A stretch of 64,000 nt of DNA from Octopus sinensis (GCF_006345805.1 NC_043004.1:28830001-28894000); one strand, 5' to 3'; shown: positions 12,865-27,435, numbered from the stretch's first letter. Numbers and translations are program-made. The notes: a model not told the origin generated them from the sequence alone.

Positions 12865-13030
12865 AATCTTTTCTACTCTAGGCTCAAGGGCAGACATTTT
12901 GGGGAGGGGGACCAGTCCATTAGATCAACGCCTGTACGCAAATGGTACTTAATTTATCGACCCCGAAAGGCGAAGTCGACCTCGACAGAATTTGAAATCA
13001 GAACGTAAAGACAGACGAAATAACGCGAAG
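12865..13030 (-). mobile_element. SINE (second family) 3' portion
   Basis: TTTCTACTCTAGGC...GGTACTTAATTTATCGACCCCGAAAGG...GTCGACCTCGACAGAATTTGAA is homologous to 19040-19185 and 39160-39380. Confidence 0.8.
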
Positions 13031-13031
13031 C

Positions 13032-13089
<58 letters not shown>

Positions 13090-13199
13090 ATGTATTAAGA
13101 ACAATCTTACTTAGAAATGGATGCGTGCCTTCCGTCATATATAAATATATAATTAAATAAATAAAAAAAACATATGCATATATACATACATATGTGTAC

Positions 13200-13378
13200 G
13201 TACCTACCTCTACATGTATATATACATGCATATATGGGTACAGGACACCAAAAAAACGTCGAACACAATGAGAAACGAAAACATAAACACAAAACCAAGG
13301 AAATGGACATAGAGTACAGGACATACAAAACAAGGAAAATTCCCCTTCTTCAGTCGCCTTAATTTCATCTACTCCATG

Positions 13379-13432
<54 letters not shown>

Positions 13433-13434
13433 GT

Positions 13435-13465
<31 letters not shown>

Positions 13466-13869
13466 ATATATATATATATATGTATGTATGTTGTGTGTAT
13501 ATATATATGTAAAAGACCCCCTTCGGTCATGAGTGACCATGGGTTTGCACCTAGAGAGTTACCCTCTGAGGCACAAGTCTGGGCAAGGTTGTTTTTATGG
13601 AAGACCAGCAGTCGCCCATGCATACCGGCCTCCCCTCTCCACGCCACCAGTGTTATCCAAGGGAAAGACAAAGGTCGATACAGCTTGGCACCAGTGACGT
13701 CGCAACTCATTTCTACAGCTGAGTGAACTGGAGCAACGTGAAATAAAGTGCTTTGCTCAAGAACACAACACGCAGCCCGGTCCGGGATTCGAACTCACAA
13801 CCTCACGATCGTAAGCTCGACGCTCTAACCACTGAGCCATATGTATATATATATATGTATGTATGTATG

Positions 13870-13936
<67 letters not shown>

Positions 13937-14081
13937 GTGTGTATATATATATATATGTATGTATGTGTATATATATATGTATGTGTATTATATATATATA
14001 TATATATGTATGTATGTGTATATATATGTATGTATGTATGTATGTGTATATATATATAGTATGTATGTATGTATGTATGTG

Positions 14082-14113
<32 letters not shown>

Positions 14114-14281
14114 TGTATGTATGTATGTTGTGTATATATATATATTATATATATATGTATGTATGGTATATATATATATATAATATATATATATATATAT
14201 TATATATATGTATGTGTATATATATATATATAATATATATATGTATGTATGTGTATATATATATATGTATGTATGTATGTG

Positions 14282-14344
<63 letters not shown>

Positions 14345-14363
14345 TGTATGTATGTATGTTGTG

Positions 14364-14396
<33 letters not shown>

Positions 14397-14397
14397 G

Positions 14398-14440
<43 letters not shown>

Positions 14441-14546
14441 GTATGTGTATATATATATATATATATATAATGTATGTGTATATATATATATAATATATTA
14501 TATATATATGTATGTGTAATATATATATATATGTATGTGTATATAT

Positions 14547-14624
<78 letters not shown>

Positions 14625-14830
14625 ATATATATTATTTACATATGTATATTAACGCGGAGTAGATAAAACAGGGGACAACTAATGAAGGGAATGTTCTTTA
14701 TGTGTCGGTCTCGTTTCTTTCTTTTTCTTTCCTTGTTCGAAAAAAAGTTCCTTTTCTAGGTCTTTGTTTCTTATGTTCTCGTTTCTCATTTCACGTCCAC
14801 TGCCCATATATGCATGTTTCTATACATATA
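13200..14830. repeat. Two inverted copies (13200-13380, 14650-14830) of an interspersed Penelope-end-like repeat
   Basis: CTTCTTCAGTCGCCTTAATTTCATCTACTCC aligns with the reverse complement of GGAGTAGATAAAACAGGGGACAACTAATGAAGGG. Family assignment is tentative. Confidence 0.5.
13510..13840 (-). mobile_element. Near full-length tRNA-derived SINE, CpG intact
   Basis: Minus-strand head ATGGCTCAGTGGTTAGAGCGTCGAGCTTACGATCGTGAGGTTGTGAGTTCGAATCCCGG carries Pol III A and B boxes. Confidence 0.9.
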
Positions 14831-14884
14831 TATGTAGGTGTGAACATATATGTATATATTATATACATGTATACATACATAGAT

Positions 14885-14915
<31 letters not shown>

Positions 14916-17359
14916 GATAGATACATACATATGTATATACATATACACACACACACATATATATATATGAACATATATACACACATACACATATATACAC
15001 ACACACATATATATATACACATATATACACACATACACATATATACACACACACATATATATATACACATATATACACACACACATATATATACACATGT
15101 GTATATATATATATACATATATATATACATATATATATATATGTAGATATATATATAAATATATATATACACCACACACATATATATATGTAGATATATA
15201 TATAAATATATATATACACACACACATATATATACATACATATATATATACATATACACATATATATATAATACATATATATATACATATACACATATAT
15301 ATATACATACATATATATATACATATACACATATATATATACATACATATATATATACATATACACATATATATAATATATAACATATATATACATATAC
15401 ACATATATATATAATGTACATATATATACATATATATATATACACACACCATATATATACATACATATATATATACACATATATATACACATATATATAT
15501 ATATATACATACATATATACATACATATACACATATATAATATATATATATACATATACACATATATAATATATATATATATACATATACACATATATAT
15601 ATACATATACACATATATAATATATATATATACATATACACATATATATATAGCACGGACTTTGTCAGTGAACAGGTCGCGGATTTTAGCGACGAAAATA
15701 TTTTGACAAATTAAACTTAAATGTTGAAGTGAATCGAACGGCTTTTGGGTGTTTCTTAAATGGCTTATAAACACCTTCCACGCTGCAATTATTTTCGTTT
15801 CAGCACACGATCTCAGATCAAATTACTTGCTATGCAAGTACATCTCCGTAACATATATATACATATACACATATATATATATAATATATATATAACATAT
15901 ATATACATATATATGCACATATATATACATGTATATATACATATATATACACATGTATGTATACATATATACACATATATATACACATATATACACATAT
16001 ATATACACATGTATGTATACATATATATACACATGTATGTATACATATACACATATATATACATATATATACACATATATATACATATATATATACATAT
16101 ATATACACACACATATATATATACATATATATACACATATATACACACACATATATATATACATATATATACACATATATATATATATATATATACACAT
16201 ATATACATATACACACACACATATATATATACATATATATACACATATATACATATACATACACATATATATACATACATACTTACATATATATGTATTG
16301 TATTTCGGGATGGTCATTTTATTTACTATTATTTTTTATTTCGCCAAATGAACACATTGTCAGATTGCCTAGAAATCTTTCGTCACACGTTTGTGACCTC
16401 TTCAACGACACCTTTCGTTTCCCCGTGTGTTGACACTCCACTTACTCCAGGCCGTTCTTCTTCTAAGATGTAAATCCGTATGTGCGCATGCGTTTGTGTC
16501 CTTGTGTGTGTGTGTCTGTCAGTTTTTAGCGGCAGCGTGGCCTTCCCCACGGCCGCAACCTCCCCCCACCCAATTCCTGTATTCTTCTGTGTATGTGTGT
16601 TCGCCCACGGTGTCGCCAACGTGGCAGTTGTTGCTATTGGCATCGTCGGCACTGCCGCGTCTTCTGGCTGTGGTGTGTTGTGTTGTTGACATCACGCAGC
16701 CGTCCATGAGGTTTCATGTGGATATGTATGTGTGTGTATATGGGTTCACTTCGTATGTATCCATGTTCTTTATATAGTGTAATTTATTTATATTATCTAT
16801 CGCTGTCTTACATTATCACACATATGCGGCAGATATTCTTATATATTCGTTTATTTATCTATATATTTACTTTTTTTATACATCTATCTCTATTTCCCAT
16901 AAGTATCACAGATAAGTGCATATATGTCTATGTATTATTTATATATACACACACACACATATATATGTATATATACACACAGCTATATGTTTGTATATAT
17001 AAAAATAATGAGGGAGATAAATTAATATTAATTTTGATATCAATTTAAAACCAGTAGTCTAGCATACAAAAAATCTGAAAAATCAGAGAAAATTCTAATA
17101 CATGTGTATATTGACAGGGCAAGACTGCTAGGTAGTCGGCCGCATGCTAGAAATAGATCATAAACTACAAACTACAATATACATATACATGAGTGTGTAT
17201 ATATATATATATACATACATATATATATATATACATATGTATTTGCATGTATATACACACACATATATATATATATTATGCACACATATATATGTGCATA
17301 AATATATACATATATATATATGCATATATTTATATATTACTATACATATATACACACAC

Positions 17360-17421
<62 letters not shown>

Positions 17422-17440
17422 TATTGCTATGTAGTTAGGA
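13840..17440. repeat. Compound (TA)n/(TATG)n/(TACA)n microsatellite field interrupted by short unique or repeat islands
   Basis: Directly visible; source of the Y/I/C/V/M/H-rich pseudo-ORFs. Confidence 0.95.
16446..16720 (-). other. Candidate CpG-rich first (5' UTR) exon of a minus-strand gene
   Basis: GC/CpG-rich island ending in the donor CCTGGA|GTAAGT (16446/16445). Could alternatively be an unrecognised repeat. Confidence 0.3.
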
Positions 17441-19039
17441 AGTTGCGAATCAAAGTTTATTCACAATATAAGTCTTTATCTAAATTTCGTTAAACCGTCT
17501 ATTTTCACCTCAATTCTACAAAGCAATCATCTACTCAGTCGCTCGTTTGTTCATCTTTACATAAATACCTTTGATGTGGTAAATAACGTAAGAACAAATC
17601 CACGGGGATTTCTGTAAAAGTCTCTTCATGTCAATTGTATTTAAGAGCTATTTCACTTTATCGTAGTCTATTAACTCCCTTCGGATAGAATATAGTCGTC
17701 ATAGATATATTATCTTCTGCTACAACTCTAAGATGTTGTATTTGTAATGGAAAACACTAAGAGACCAAATAGATAGTGTTCGAATTTATATTTACTTATA
17801 TAACATCATTGTCCTGCTGCTTTCGAAAGAGTAGTCAATCGTCAAAGCTTTTATGCTTACCCCTTATGTTGCTCACTGGTTGTGTCTTTAGAATATTACT
17901 GACTTATTTTGACTGCACCTTGATGTAAATATCAGATCTTGGTTTGAGAATTCCGAACCGGTTGCCATAAAAGTCACAGCTAAACTTCCTAACCTGGTTA
18001 ACACCGTTAAACATAATAGTTGTAGTGGTGACGTTGGTGACATAGATGGCTTTCATCAATGAAAACCTGGAATTTTCTATAAAATGGCTTCTACTCCACT
18101 CAGTCTTTCACTGAAATAAATTTATTTTTATTTGCTGAAGTTAAAGACAGCATATACTTTCAGTATTATTATATTATGACTCTTTTCCTTCTGAGCTCGA
18201 ATCCTGATGAGGTCGACTTTCATCCTTTAAGAGTTAGTAGACTAATCATCCTTTAAGAGTTAGTAGACTAAGTACTAGTCAAATTTTGGTAAACTAAATA
18301 CTACCAGTCAAATGCATTATTACCCCTTCTCAAATTTCTAAACTTCGTTTATGAGGTCAACATACCAAAAATTAAAACAAGCCTCTATGTATGCAAGTGA
18401 TTTACCAGCATTTTTATGACATTCTAAAATACTCTTGGACTGAAAAAAAGTGCTACTGAAAGTATAAAATTTATTGCCTGGCATATTTCACAACCAGATT
18501 CTATTATCCAGTCTTCGTTCATGTGACAATCCTAATAATAATTTTTATGTTTAGCTGTAGTGCTTATTATTCTAAGAGAGTAGAAAGAATTGAACCAATC
18601 ACAGTATATTACTGATACTTGTCTACATTTATCATATTAATGTACAACTATATGCTGTAAGCAGCAGCAACACTGTATATTTTATCCTAGAAATGGTCAA
18701 AACGGACTCCACATATGAATGAATAGAATTTCTAATCCAGTACAATAATAATTTCAAGGGTGGCGAATGGTGAAGCTAATCATAACATTTGTATTTCAGT
18801 ATAAATCTAGTTTAGATATATTTCTAAGTCCTCCTTCATGAAGCCAACTCTATGGCTTAACTCAACTATTGCAGGCTGACAAAATATCAAAACAAACTCA
18901 ACTGGAGTTTCTATTACACTTGTTGCTCAACATTTCCTTTTATGCGCAGAAGTGCTCAGTCCAATAGTACTTTTCTGTTGCTTTGAACTACTTGCTGCTG
19001 ATATATAACTGAAAATTCTCTTTCTTTTGGAAAAACAGT

Positions 19040-19185
19040 AGCTACAATAAGCCTATTAGTTCTGAGTTCAAATTTTGCAGAGGTCGACTTTGCCTTTCAC
19101 CTTTCGGGGTCGATAAATTAAGTACCAGTTGCATACTAACCCCTCCCCAAAATTTCGGACTTTGTGCCTAGAGTAGAAATAGATA
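19040..19185 (+). mobile_element. SINE (second family) fragment
   Basis: GAGTTCAAATTTTGCAGAGGTCGACTTTGCCTTTCACCTTTCGGGGTCGATAAATTAAGTACCAG...CCTAGAGTAGAAA. Confidence 0.8.
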
Positions 19186-20820
19186 TTTCAAACTAACAAT
19201 GAGGTGTTTGTTTATTTTATTTCATTGTAACTTTTTCCATGTTCGTGCGTAATGTGCTGAATTTGATGTTTTATTGAATTATGATAGTATATAATGTGTG
19301 TGTGTGTGGTGGGGGTTCAATTATACATATGCGTGTGCACACATGCGCACAGATAAGATGAAGTCAAAATTAAAGAAATTAACAACTTTATAATTACTCA
19401 TTTAAGTTAAAACTGAAATATAAATTGAACTATTGCTACTGGTAGGAAATAATCATGACTAAGGCTATATTAAAATATAGTCAATTGAATCTCAGTTCAT
19501 GACTTATTTCGAAATCCAGAGAAAACCAATCCCAACTATGATTTGCCCTCAGTACAGGTAAACATGTATTATTAAGACAATTCTTACTTAGGTACAAAGC
19601 ACTACAAATCTGATTTTAAAGACCATGAGTCGCATATGCAAAATGATATCAGTCAACAATCGAAACTGTAGTCGCATTCAGCATGATGGCCACCCTTTGC
19701 TGAATGGTTGGTTCCTGTCGTTTTTTTTTTTTTTTTTGCCAATTAAAGCAGTAACATCAAAATGGTGAAAAAGCTCGGTAACAGGCTTAGAGATTAATAA
19801 AGTGCTGATAGTACTATTTCACACACGGAGGAGAGAGACTTGGGAGAACGAGAGAAAACACAATTTGTTTCAAATACTTGAGCAGAAGAAGTAATCAAAG
19901 CTACAGATTATGGATGATCTAGATTCCTTGACAATGAAAAACGTTGTGCGATCTGCAGTCGCTGGGTGGGCGTTCTACTCTATAGCATCCACCATTCTCA
20001 TTGACTTTATTGCCTTGTATTTAATCGACCTTGAAGGGATGGCTGAGAGGGAGAGCCAACCATGCAAGTATGAAAGTAGAGCAGCTTTAAACACAATCTT
20101 TCTCTTGTAGCTTTATTCATATAACATTCACATCATGTATTTATGTTTCTTTCATTTTCTTGCAAGTTTGCGCAACGCTTCAACGTAGTTTTTTTTTTAT
20201 TTATTTATAATTTTTGTTCCCATCCTCACAGTCACCTCTGTTTCTATGATGCATTCTTTTGTTTACTGCTGCAATTGTCACTTATTTCTCGCCTTTCTTT
20301 ATTCACTAACTCATTGAAAAACTTAATGATTTGCATCACTGAACACGAAGGACAACACATGAATGATTACTCTTTCACTCCTTTTACACACGAGATAAAA
20401 AATTCTACTGGATAGCGTCTTTGAAAAGGAAACTTCCACACTTCCATTCAACCTACTAAAAATATCAACCGGGTCTCCTGCCCAAACAAATCCTTTTGTC
20501 ATAAATGAGGATACAGTCTTAGGACACAATATTTATGAATAAGAGGGGTTAGCCACAGCTGGAATGCTTTTGGTCAGATCTATCAGAACTGATAAGAGAT
20601 TAAAATAGGGAAATACTTTTTTTACTTGTTCAATAACTTTCGAACTCACCTCTAAAATTTACCAAAGTATAGATTATTTTTGATATAGTTTTGAAGCAAT
20701 ACGTTTTCCTCCTAATATGAGAAAACTATATTACAAAGACAATTATTTTAACCTTTAAGAAATACTAAGGTAGATTTCATATCTAAACAAACATGATAAT
20801 CTGTTTGGAGACGACTGGAC

Positions 20821-20876
<56 letters not shown>

Positions 20877-20884
20877 TACATATT

Positions 20885-20990
20885 TTTAGTTGCAGCACGA
20901 AGCAGGGGCTGTGCTGTTTTGCTACACGGTAATCATTGAGAGCCACCGCTAATATGTGCCATTTGGTGAATAAGGGAGTTTGATGTCAAT
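20885..20990 (-). mobile_element. Extreme 3' end of CR1/L2-like LINE
   Basis: Translation [16 protein letters not shown] matches the C-termini at 22.1 and 43.9 kb. Confidence 0.6.
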
Positions 20991-21094
20991 ACCCATACAT
21001 ATATACATACATATATGCATATATATACATATATATATATACATATATGCATATATATACATATATATATATATACATATATGCATATATATAC

Positions 21095-21128
<34 letters not shown>

Positions 21129-21162
21129 GCATATATATACATATATATATATACATATATGC

Positions 21163-21198
<36 letters not shown>

Positions 21199-22054
21199 GC
21201 ATATATATACATATATATATATATACAATATAATATATTACATATATGCATATATGTTTATACATATATATATATATACATATATGCATATATGTTTATA
21301 CATATGTATACACATAAATATATATACATACATAACTATATATATATACATACATAACTATATATATATACACACATAACTATATATATATACATACATA
21401 ACTATATATATATACACACATAACTATATATATATACACACATAACTATATATATACATATATATATATATACACACACACATATATAAATATACATACG
21501 TATACCTATATATAAATATACACATACATATACCTATATATAAATATATACATACATATACCTATATATAAATATATACATACATATACCTATATATAAA
21601 TATATACATACATATACCTATATATAAATATACACATACATATACATACATATGTATGTATATATATTATATATATACACACATATCTAAATATATGTTT
21701 ATACATATGTATACACATAAATACATATACATACTTATATACATATATATACATACATATATATATAACTATATATATATGCATACGCATACATATATAT
21801 TTATATAAATATATACATACATATACCTATATATAAATATACACATACATATACCTATATATAAATAGACACATACATATACCTATATATAAATATACAC
21901 ATACATATACCTATATATAAATATACACATACATATGTATATATATAAATATACACATACATATGTATATATATAAATATATATATACACACATACATTA
22001 CCTATATAATACATATATATACAATTTATGTATGTATATATATATTTTTTTGTT

Positions 22055-22625
22055 CCCTCTAGTTTCAGCTCAGAGCTGCGGCCATGCTGATGCACCGCCA
22101 TTTTGTGCTACACTGTTATTACGAAGAACCTCGTCTAATATGTGGCACTTGGTGAAGAATGGAGTTTGATATAGCTACTCTCATTTGCACCTCTTGCCAT
22201 GAGGTAGGTTCATCTGGGACTCTTGACAGGAAGATGTCCAGCTTTGATTTAAAAACCGCTACATCTACTTTGTGCAATTTCCTCAGCCTCTTTGGGAGAA
22301 TATTAAAAAGCTGTAGGCCCTTGAAACCCAGGCTGTTGCAGAAGCTGGTCCTGAAGTGTGATGGCATTGCTGGGATCTTTGGCACTATATATATAATATA
22401 GATATATATATATATAAAAGATATATATATATATATATAAAAGATATATATATATATATATATAAAAGATATATATATATATATAAAAGATATATATATA
22501 TATATATAAAAAGATATTATATATTATAATAAAAGATATATATATATATAAATAATATAAGAGAGTGGTCACTATATGGCTCACTCTAGCACCATTATTC
22601 CAAAAGGTTTCAACCACGAAAATAC
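22055..22625 (-). mobile_element. CR1/L2-like LINE 3' end, split by a TA-rich insertion
   Basis: ORF PKIPAMPSHFRTSFCNSLGFKGLQLFNILPKRLRKLHKVDVAVFKSKLDIFLSRVPDEP...SNSILHQ plus 3' UTR. The upstream piece ETFWNNGARVSHIV lies at 22570-22625. Confidence 0.85.
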
Positions 22626-22964
22626 ATATATATAAAAGATATATATAATATAAATATATATATATATAAAAGATATATATATATATAAAAGATATATTAT
22701 ATATAAAAGATATATATAATATAAAAGATATATATATATATATATATTCATTATATTGAATATGTATATATTTTTTTTTAAATGATGATGATAAATTATA
22801 TATATATATTCAATATAATATATATATATATATATATATATAGAATATATATATATAGAATATATATAATATATAGATTATGTATATAAATATATAATAT
22901 ATATCTATATATAATATATACATAAATACATATATAAATATATATATGTATTACCTATGTATAT

Positions 22965-24660
22965 AGCATATATATATATTACCTATGTATATAGCATATA
23001 GTATATATATATATATTACCTATGTATATAGCATATATATATATTACCTATGTATATAGCATATATATATATGTTACCTATGTATATAGCATATATATAT
23101 ATATTACCTATGTATATAGCATATATATATATATTACCTATGTATATAGCATATATATATATATTACCTATGTATATAGCATATACATATATACACATAT
23201 TACCTATGTATATAGCATATACATATATACACATATTACCTATGTATATAGCATATACATATATACACATATTACCTATGTATATAGCATATACATATAT
23301 ACACATATTACCTATGTATATAGTATATATATATATATATACACATATATTACCCATGTATATAGTATATATATATATATATATACACATATATTACCCA
23401 TGTATATAGTATATATATATATACACATATATTACCCATGTATATAGTATATATATATATATAATACACATATATTATTACCCATGTATATAGTATATAT
23501 ATATTACACACATATATTACCATGTATATAGTATATATATATATATACACATATATTACCCATGTATATAGATATATACACATATATTACCCATGTATAT
23601 AGTAATATATATACACATATTACCCATGTATATAGTATATATATATACACATATATTACCCATGTATATAGTATATATATATACACATATATTACCCATG
23701 TATATAGTATATATATATACACATATTCCCATGTATATAGTATATATATATAACACATATATTACCCATGTATATAGTATATATAATACACATATATTAC
23801 CCATGTATATAGTATATATATATACACATATATATTACCCATGTATATAGTATATATATATATACACATATATTACCCATGTATATAGTATATATATATA
23901 TACACATATATTACCCATGTATATATAGTATATATATATATATACACATATATTACCCATGTATATAGTATATATATATATATACACATATATTACCCAT
24001 GTATATAGTATATATATATACACATATATTACCCATGTATATAGTATATATATATACACATATATTACCCATGTATATAGTATATATATATACACATATA
24101 TTACCCATGTATATAGTATATATATATACACATATATTACCCATGTATATAGTATATATATATACACATATATTACCCATGTATATAGTATATATATATA
24201 CACATATATTACCCATGTATATAGTATATATATATACACATATATTACCCATGTATATAGTATATATATATACACATATATTACCCATGTATATAGTATA
24301 TATATATACACATATATTACCCATGTATATAGTATATATATACACATATATTACCCATGTATATGGTATATATATATACACATATATACCCATGTATATG
24401 GTATATATATATACACATATTACCCATGTATATAGTATATATATATATACACATATATTACCCATGTATATAGTATATATATATATACACATATATTACC
24501 CATGTATATAGTATATATATATATACACATATATTACCCATGTATATAGTATATATATATATACACATATATTACCCATGTATATAGTATATATATACAC
24601 ATATATTACCCATGTATATAGTATATATATATATATATACACATATATTACCCATGTATA
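22965..24660. repeat. Minisatellite, core unit 36 bp (CACATATATTACCCATGTATATAGTATATATATATA)
   Basis: 36-bp period visible (ACCCATG at 24031 and 24067); reflected as 12-aa repeats in the ORF track. Confidence 0.95.
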
Positions 24661-24814
24661 TTATATATATATATATCATATATATGTAATATATATGTAC
24701 ATATGTATATATATGCATATATATGATATACAAATAATATACATATAATAATATATATATATATATATATATAAATAATATACATATAAATAATATATAT
24801 ATATATATATACAT

Positions 24815-25700
24815 GTCAGTGTACATACTCGACAGAGTATAAGTACCCTGAGAGAAAAGTTGGACCTAAGAAGCAGCAGTTGTGGCGTGCAAGAAAGATG
24901 ACTGCGCTGGTATGGTCATGTGGCGAGTATGGATGAAGATAGCTGAGTGAAAAAGTGCCACACCCTTGTGGTTGAGAGAACCTATGGAAGAAGTAGACCC
25001 AGGAAAACCTGGGACGAGGTGGTGCAGCATGACCTTCAAACATTAGGCCTCACCGAGGCAATGACTAGTGACCGAGACCTTTGGAAATATTCTGTGCGCG
25101 AGAAGGCCCGGCAGGACAAATGAGACCATAACCCATGGCCTTTACCAGGGATGCAGCCAGCCCACTTATGCATACCTTTCCTTCTTTGGACACAAAACTC
25201 TGCTTGCAAAGACCTGTTGAGGCAAATGAAATCGAGATTGAATTCGAAATCGAAGCAAATTCTACGACTGGCACCCATGCCAACCTCCCTTCATTGGACA
25301 CAAAACTCTGCTTGTGAAGACCTGTTGGAGCAAGTGAAATCGAAAAATCAAAATTAAACCAAATTCGATGACTGGCACCCGTGCCAGTGGTGCGCTAACA
25401 GATCCATCTGAGCAGGATCATTGCCAGAGCAGCTGTCTGGCTTCCATGCCGGTGGGCACGTAAAAAGTACGATCTGAGCATGATCGTTACCAGCGTCACC
25501 TTACTGGCACGAGTGTGCCCATTGCCAGTACTGCCAGACTGGCCCTCGTGCAGATGGCACGTAAAAGCACCCACTACACTCTCGAAGTGGTTGGCGTTAG
25601 GAAGGGCATCCAGCTGTAAAAACTCTGCCAGATCAGATTGGAGCCTGGCGCAGCCATCTGGTTCGCCAGTCCTCAGTCAAATCGTCCAACCCATGCTAGC
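24815..25700 (+). mobile_element. RTE LINE 3' fragment with long 3' UTR
   Basis: Remnant of STLREKLDLRS..CGVQER.LRWYGHV..MDED...GRPRKTWDEVV, then a UTR ending CGTCCAACCCATGCTAGC. Confidence 0.9.
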
Positions 25701-26457
25701 CCTGTTTTTTCTTGTGTATATGTGCATACAGACGTGTGTATGATCCTTTCTGTGCGTGTGTGTGCATGTGTATATAGACGTGTGCAGGTATGTGCATATA
25801 TAGGCGTGTGTGTGTGTGTGCATAAGGGTATGTGCATATATAGATGTGCTTTACTCTTTGTATACTCCCTTACGCCTTTTTTGTATTGTTACCCTTAACC
25901 CCGTTTTTTCTTGTGCTTGTGCATATATAGATGTGTGTGTGAACCTTTATGATGCACACATGTGTGTGAGGGTTTGTATGTATATACATATACATTTGGC
26001 AAAGGATGAGAGTGAGGATGCGTACGTTTTTAAGTGAGGGTGGATGAATGTATACTTTTAGGTACACGCATGTGGGTGTGCGGGTGCACATGTGTAGGTA
26101 TGATCAGGCGTTCTTATGTGAATACTCTGAACTTTTTTACCCCCTTACTTTTACTCCCTCCCCTTACTTAGCAGTCATTCGAATAGCTCTTTTATCTTAA
26201 TAACGGTCAATCACACAGTAATTTCTCTTCGTATAATGGTCATTTTCCATAGCTTTTTCTGATGGCTGGATAACTGAAGAGATGGTGGCGTGGATTTCCA
26301 CCTCGGCATCCGAAACTCGGAGTTTTATCATGGCTACCGAATAATTGTCACATATTACATTTACAGATACATATATACTATATATATAATATATACAAAT
26401 ATATATATCATACATATATATAATATATACATATATATACATATAATATATATATAC

Positions 26458-26495
<38 letters not shown>

Positions 26496-26619
26496 ATACA
26501 TATAATTTATAGATATAATATATATGTAGTATATATAGTATACATATATATAATATATATTTGATATATATATATGTAATATACACACAAAAACACACAC
26601 ACTACATATACATACACGC

Positions 26620-27070
26620 ACACATACATACTTCAAACTACCAGTACCTTCTACAGACCATTCTCCTACCCACATGTGTAGGTAACCACACAAGAGGTAG
26701 CCACTCCTACCTAATTCTTACTATAAATTCTTCTTATGACCTTAAAGATACTAAGCCCAACTATACATATAGATAAAGAGCCATAACCTAACACATACAC
26801 ACACACATGTGCTATCATTACACACACACACACTCAAACACACAGACCTGTGCTCACGCACATACACACACATACATCCTTCTCTTGCACTCTCCTGTCT
26901 TTGAAAGGACTTTTTCTTCACCCATTACCTTTCTTTTTCTCTGTTTCTGACGAAGAGCCGTGCTCAAAACATTAAATCCTTCTTTCTTTCCTTTCCTGAG
27001 CATCCAATAACACTATGCTTGTTCCACATCTTCGCATTGTTGTGTTTTCTCCTTGTTCATGTTTGGATTA
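26620..27070 (+). mobile_element. Penelope-like terminal repeat carrying a decayed hammerhead motif (26943-26977)
   Basis: GTTT-CTGACGA-A-GAGC-CGT-GCTC-AAAA-CA-TT-AAAT, embedded in pyrimidine-rich flanks. Confidence 0.55.
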
Positions 27071-27435
27071 ACTAGCACCATGACCCGTCAACGCTGGGTC
27101 ATAGTGCTAGTGCATGCATATACAGCTGCGTGCATGTGCATATACACGCGAGTACTGTCCAAATCTCCGATCAATCTCATACAGCTAGTTGGCATTCAAT
27201 TGGCATATCAAATTTCAGGCATTTTGATTGGGTTTTGGATAGAAAATTCACTAAAAAGTCACTTCTATTGATTTTTTAATGGCTTTGCGGGGCGACTGGG
27301 AAAATGTGCACGACCACCCTTGGATGGTTTTGAATGACCATAGAAAGTGCGAGCCCTCTAACTGAAAAATTGTGGATTTGTATAAAGGACACACACACAC
27401 ACAGACATTTTGCTATATATATATGTAATATATCT
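27071..27435 (-). mobile_element. Non-autonomous Helitron-like repeat with palindromic 3' end
   Basis: ACTAGCACCATGACCC-GTCAACGCT-GGGTCATAGTGCTAGT hairpin with CTAG|T; the opposite end is TATATATAGCAAAATGTCTGTGTGTG. Confidence 0.65.

Noticed and set aside
13325-13350. CTGAAGA on minus (and CTAATGA at ~14680) as further hammerheads
   Set aside because: No properly placed GAAA or stem II partner could be identified.
13770-13840. tRNA genes (also 52870-52945, 63159-63230, 63681-63750)
   Set aside because: A and B boxes are present, but acceptor stems are not formed and each runs into a SINE body.
13376-17438. Long Y/I/C/V/M/H/T-rich ORFs (also at 21, 23-24.5, 51-56 kb)
   Set aside because: They are translations of (TA)n, (TATG)n and (TACA)n repeats that lack stop codons; not genes.
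17935-18065. Short frames with a kinase-like VAIK (plus) or an open 55-codon stretch (minus)
   Set aside because: No other kinase motifs or supported splice partners; expected by chance.
18222-18275. Small local tandem duplications (26 bp here; ~46 bp at 27750-27830; 28 bp at 37369-37418)
   Set aside because: Ordinary slippage duplications with no further structure.
19675-19712. 9-bp hairpin CATTCAGCA...TGCTGAATG as snoRNA or miRNA
   Set aside because: Too short, with no complete C/D box pair.
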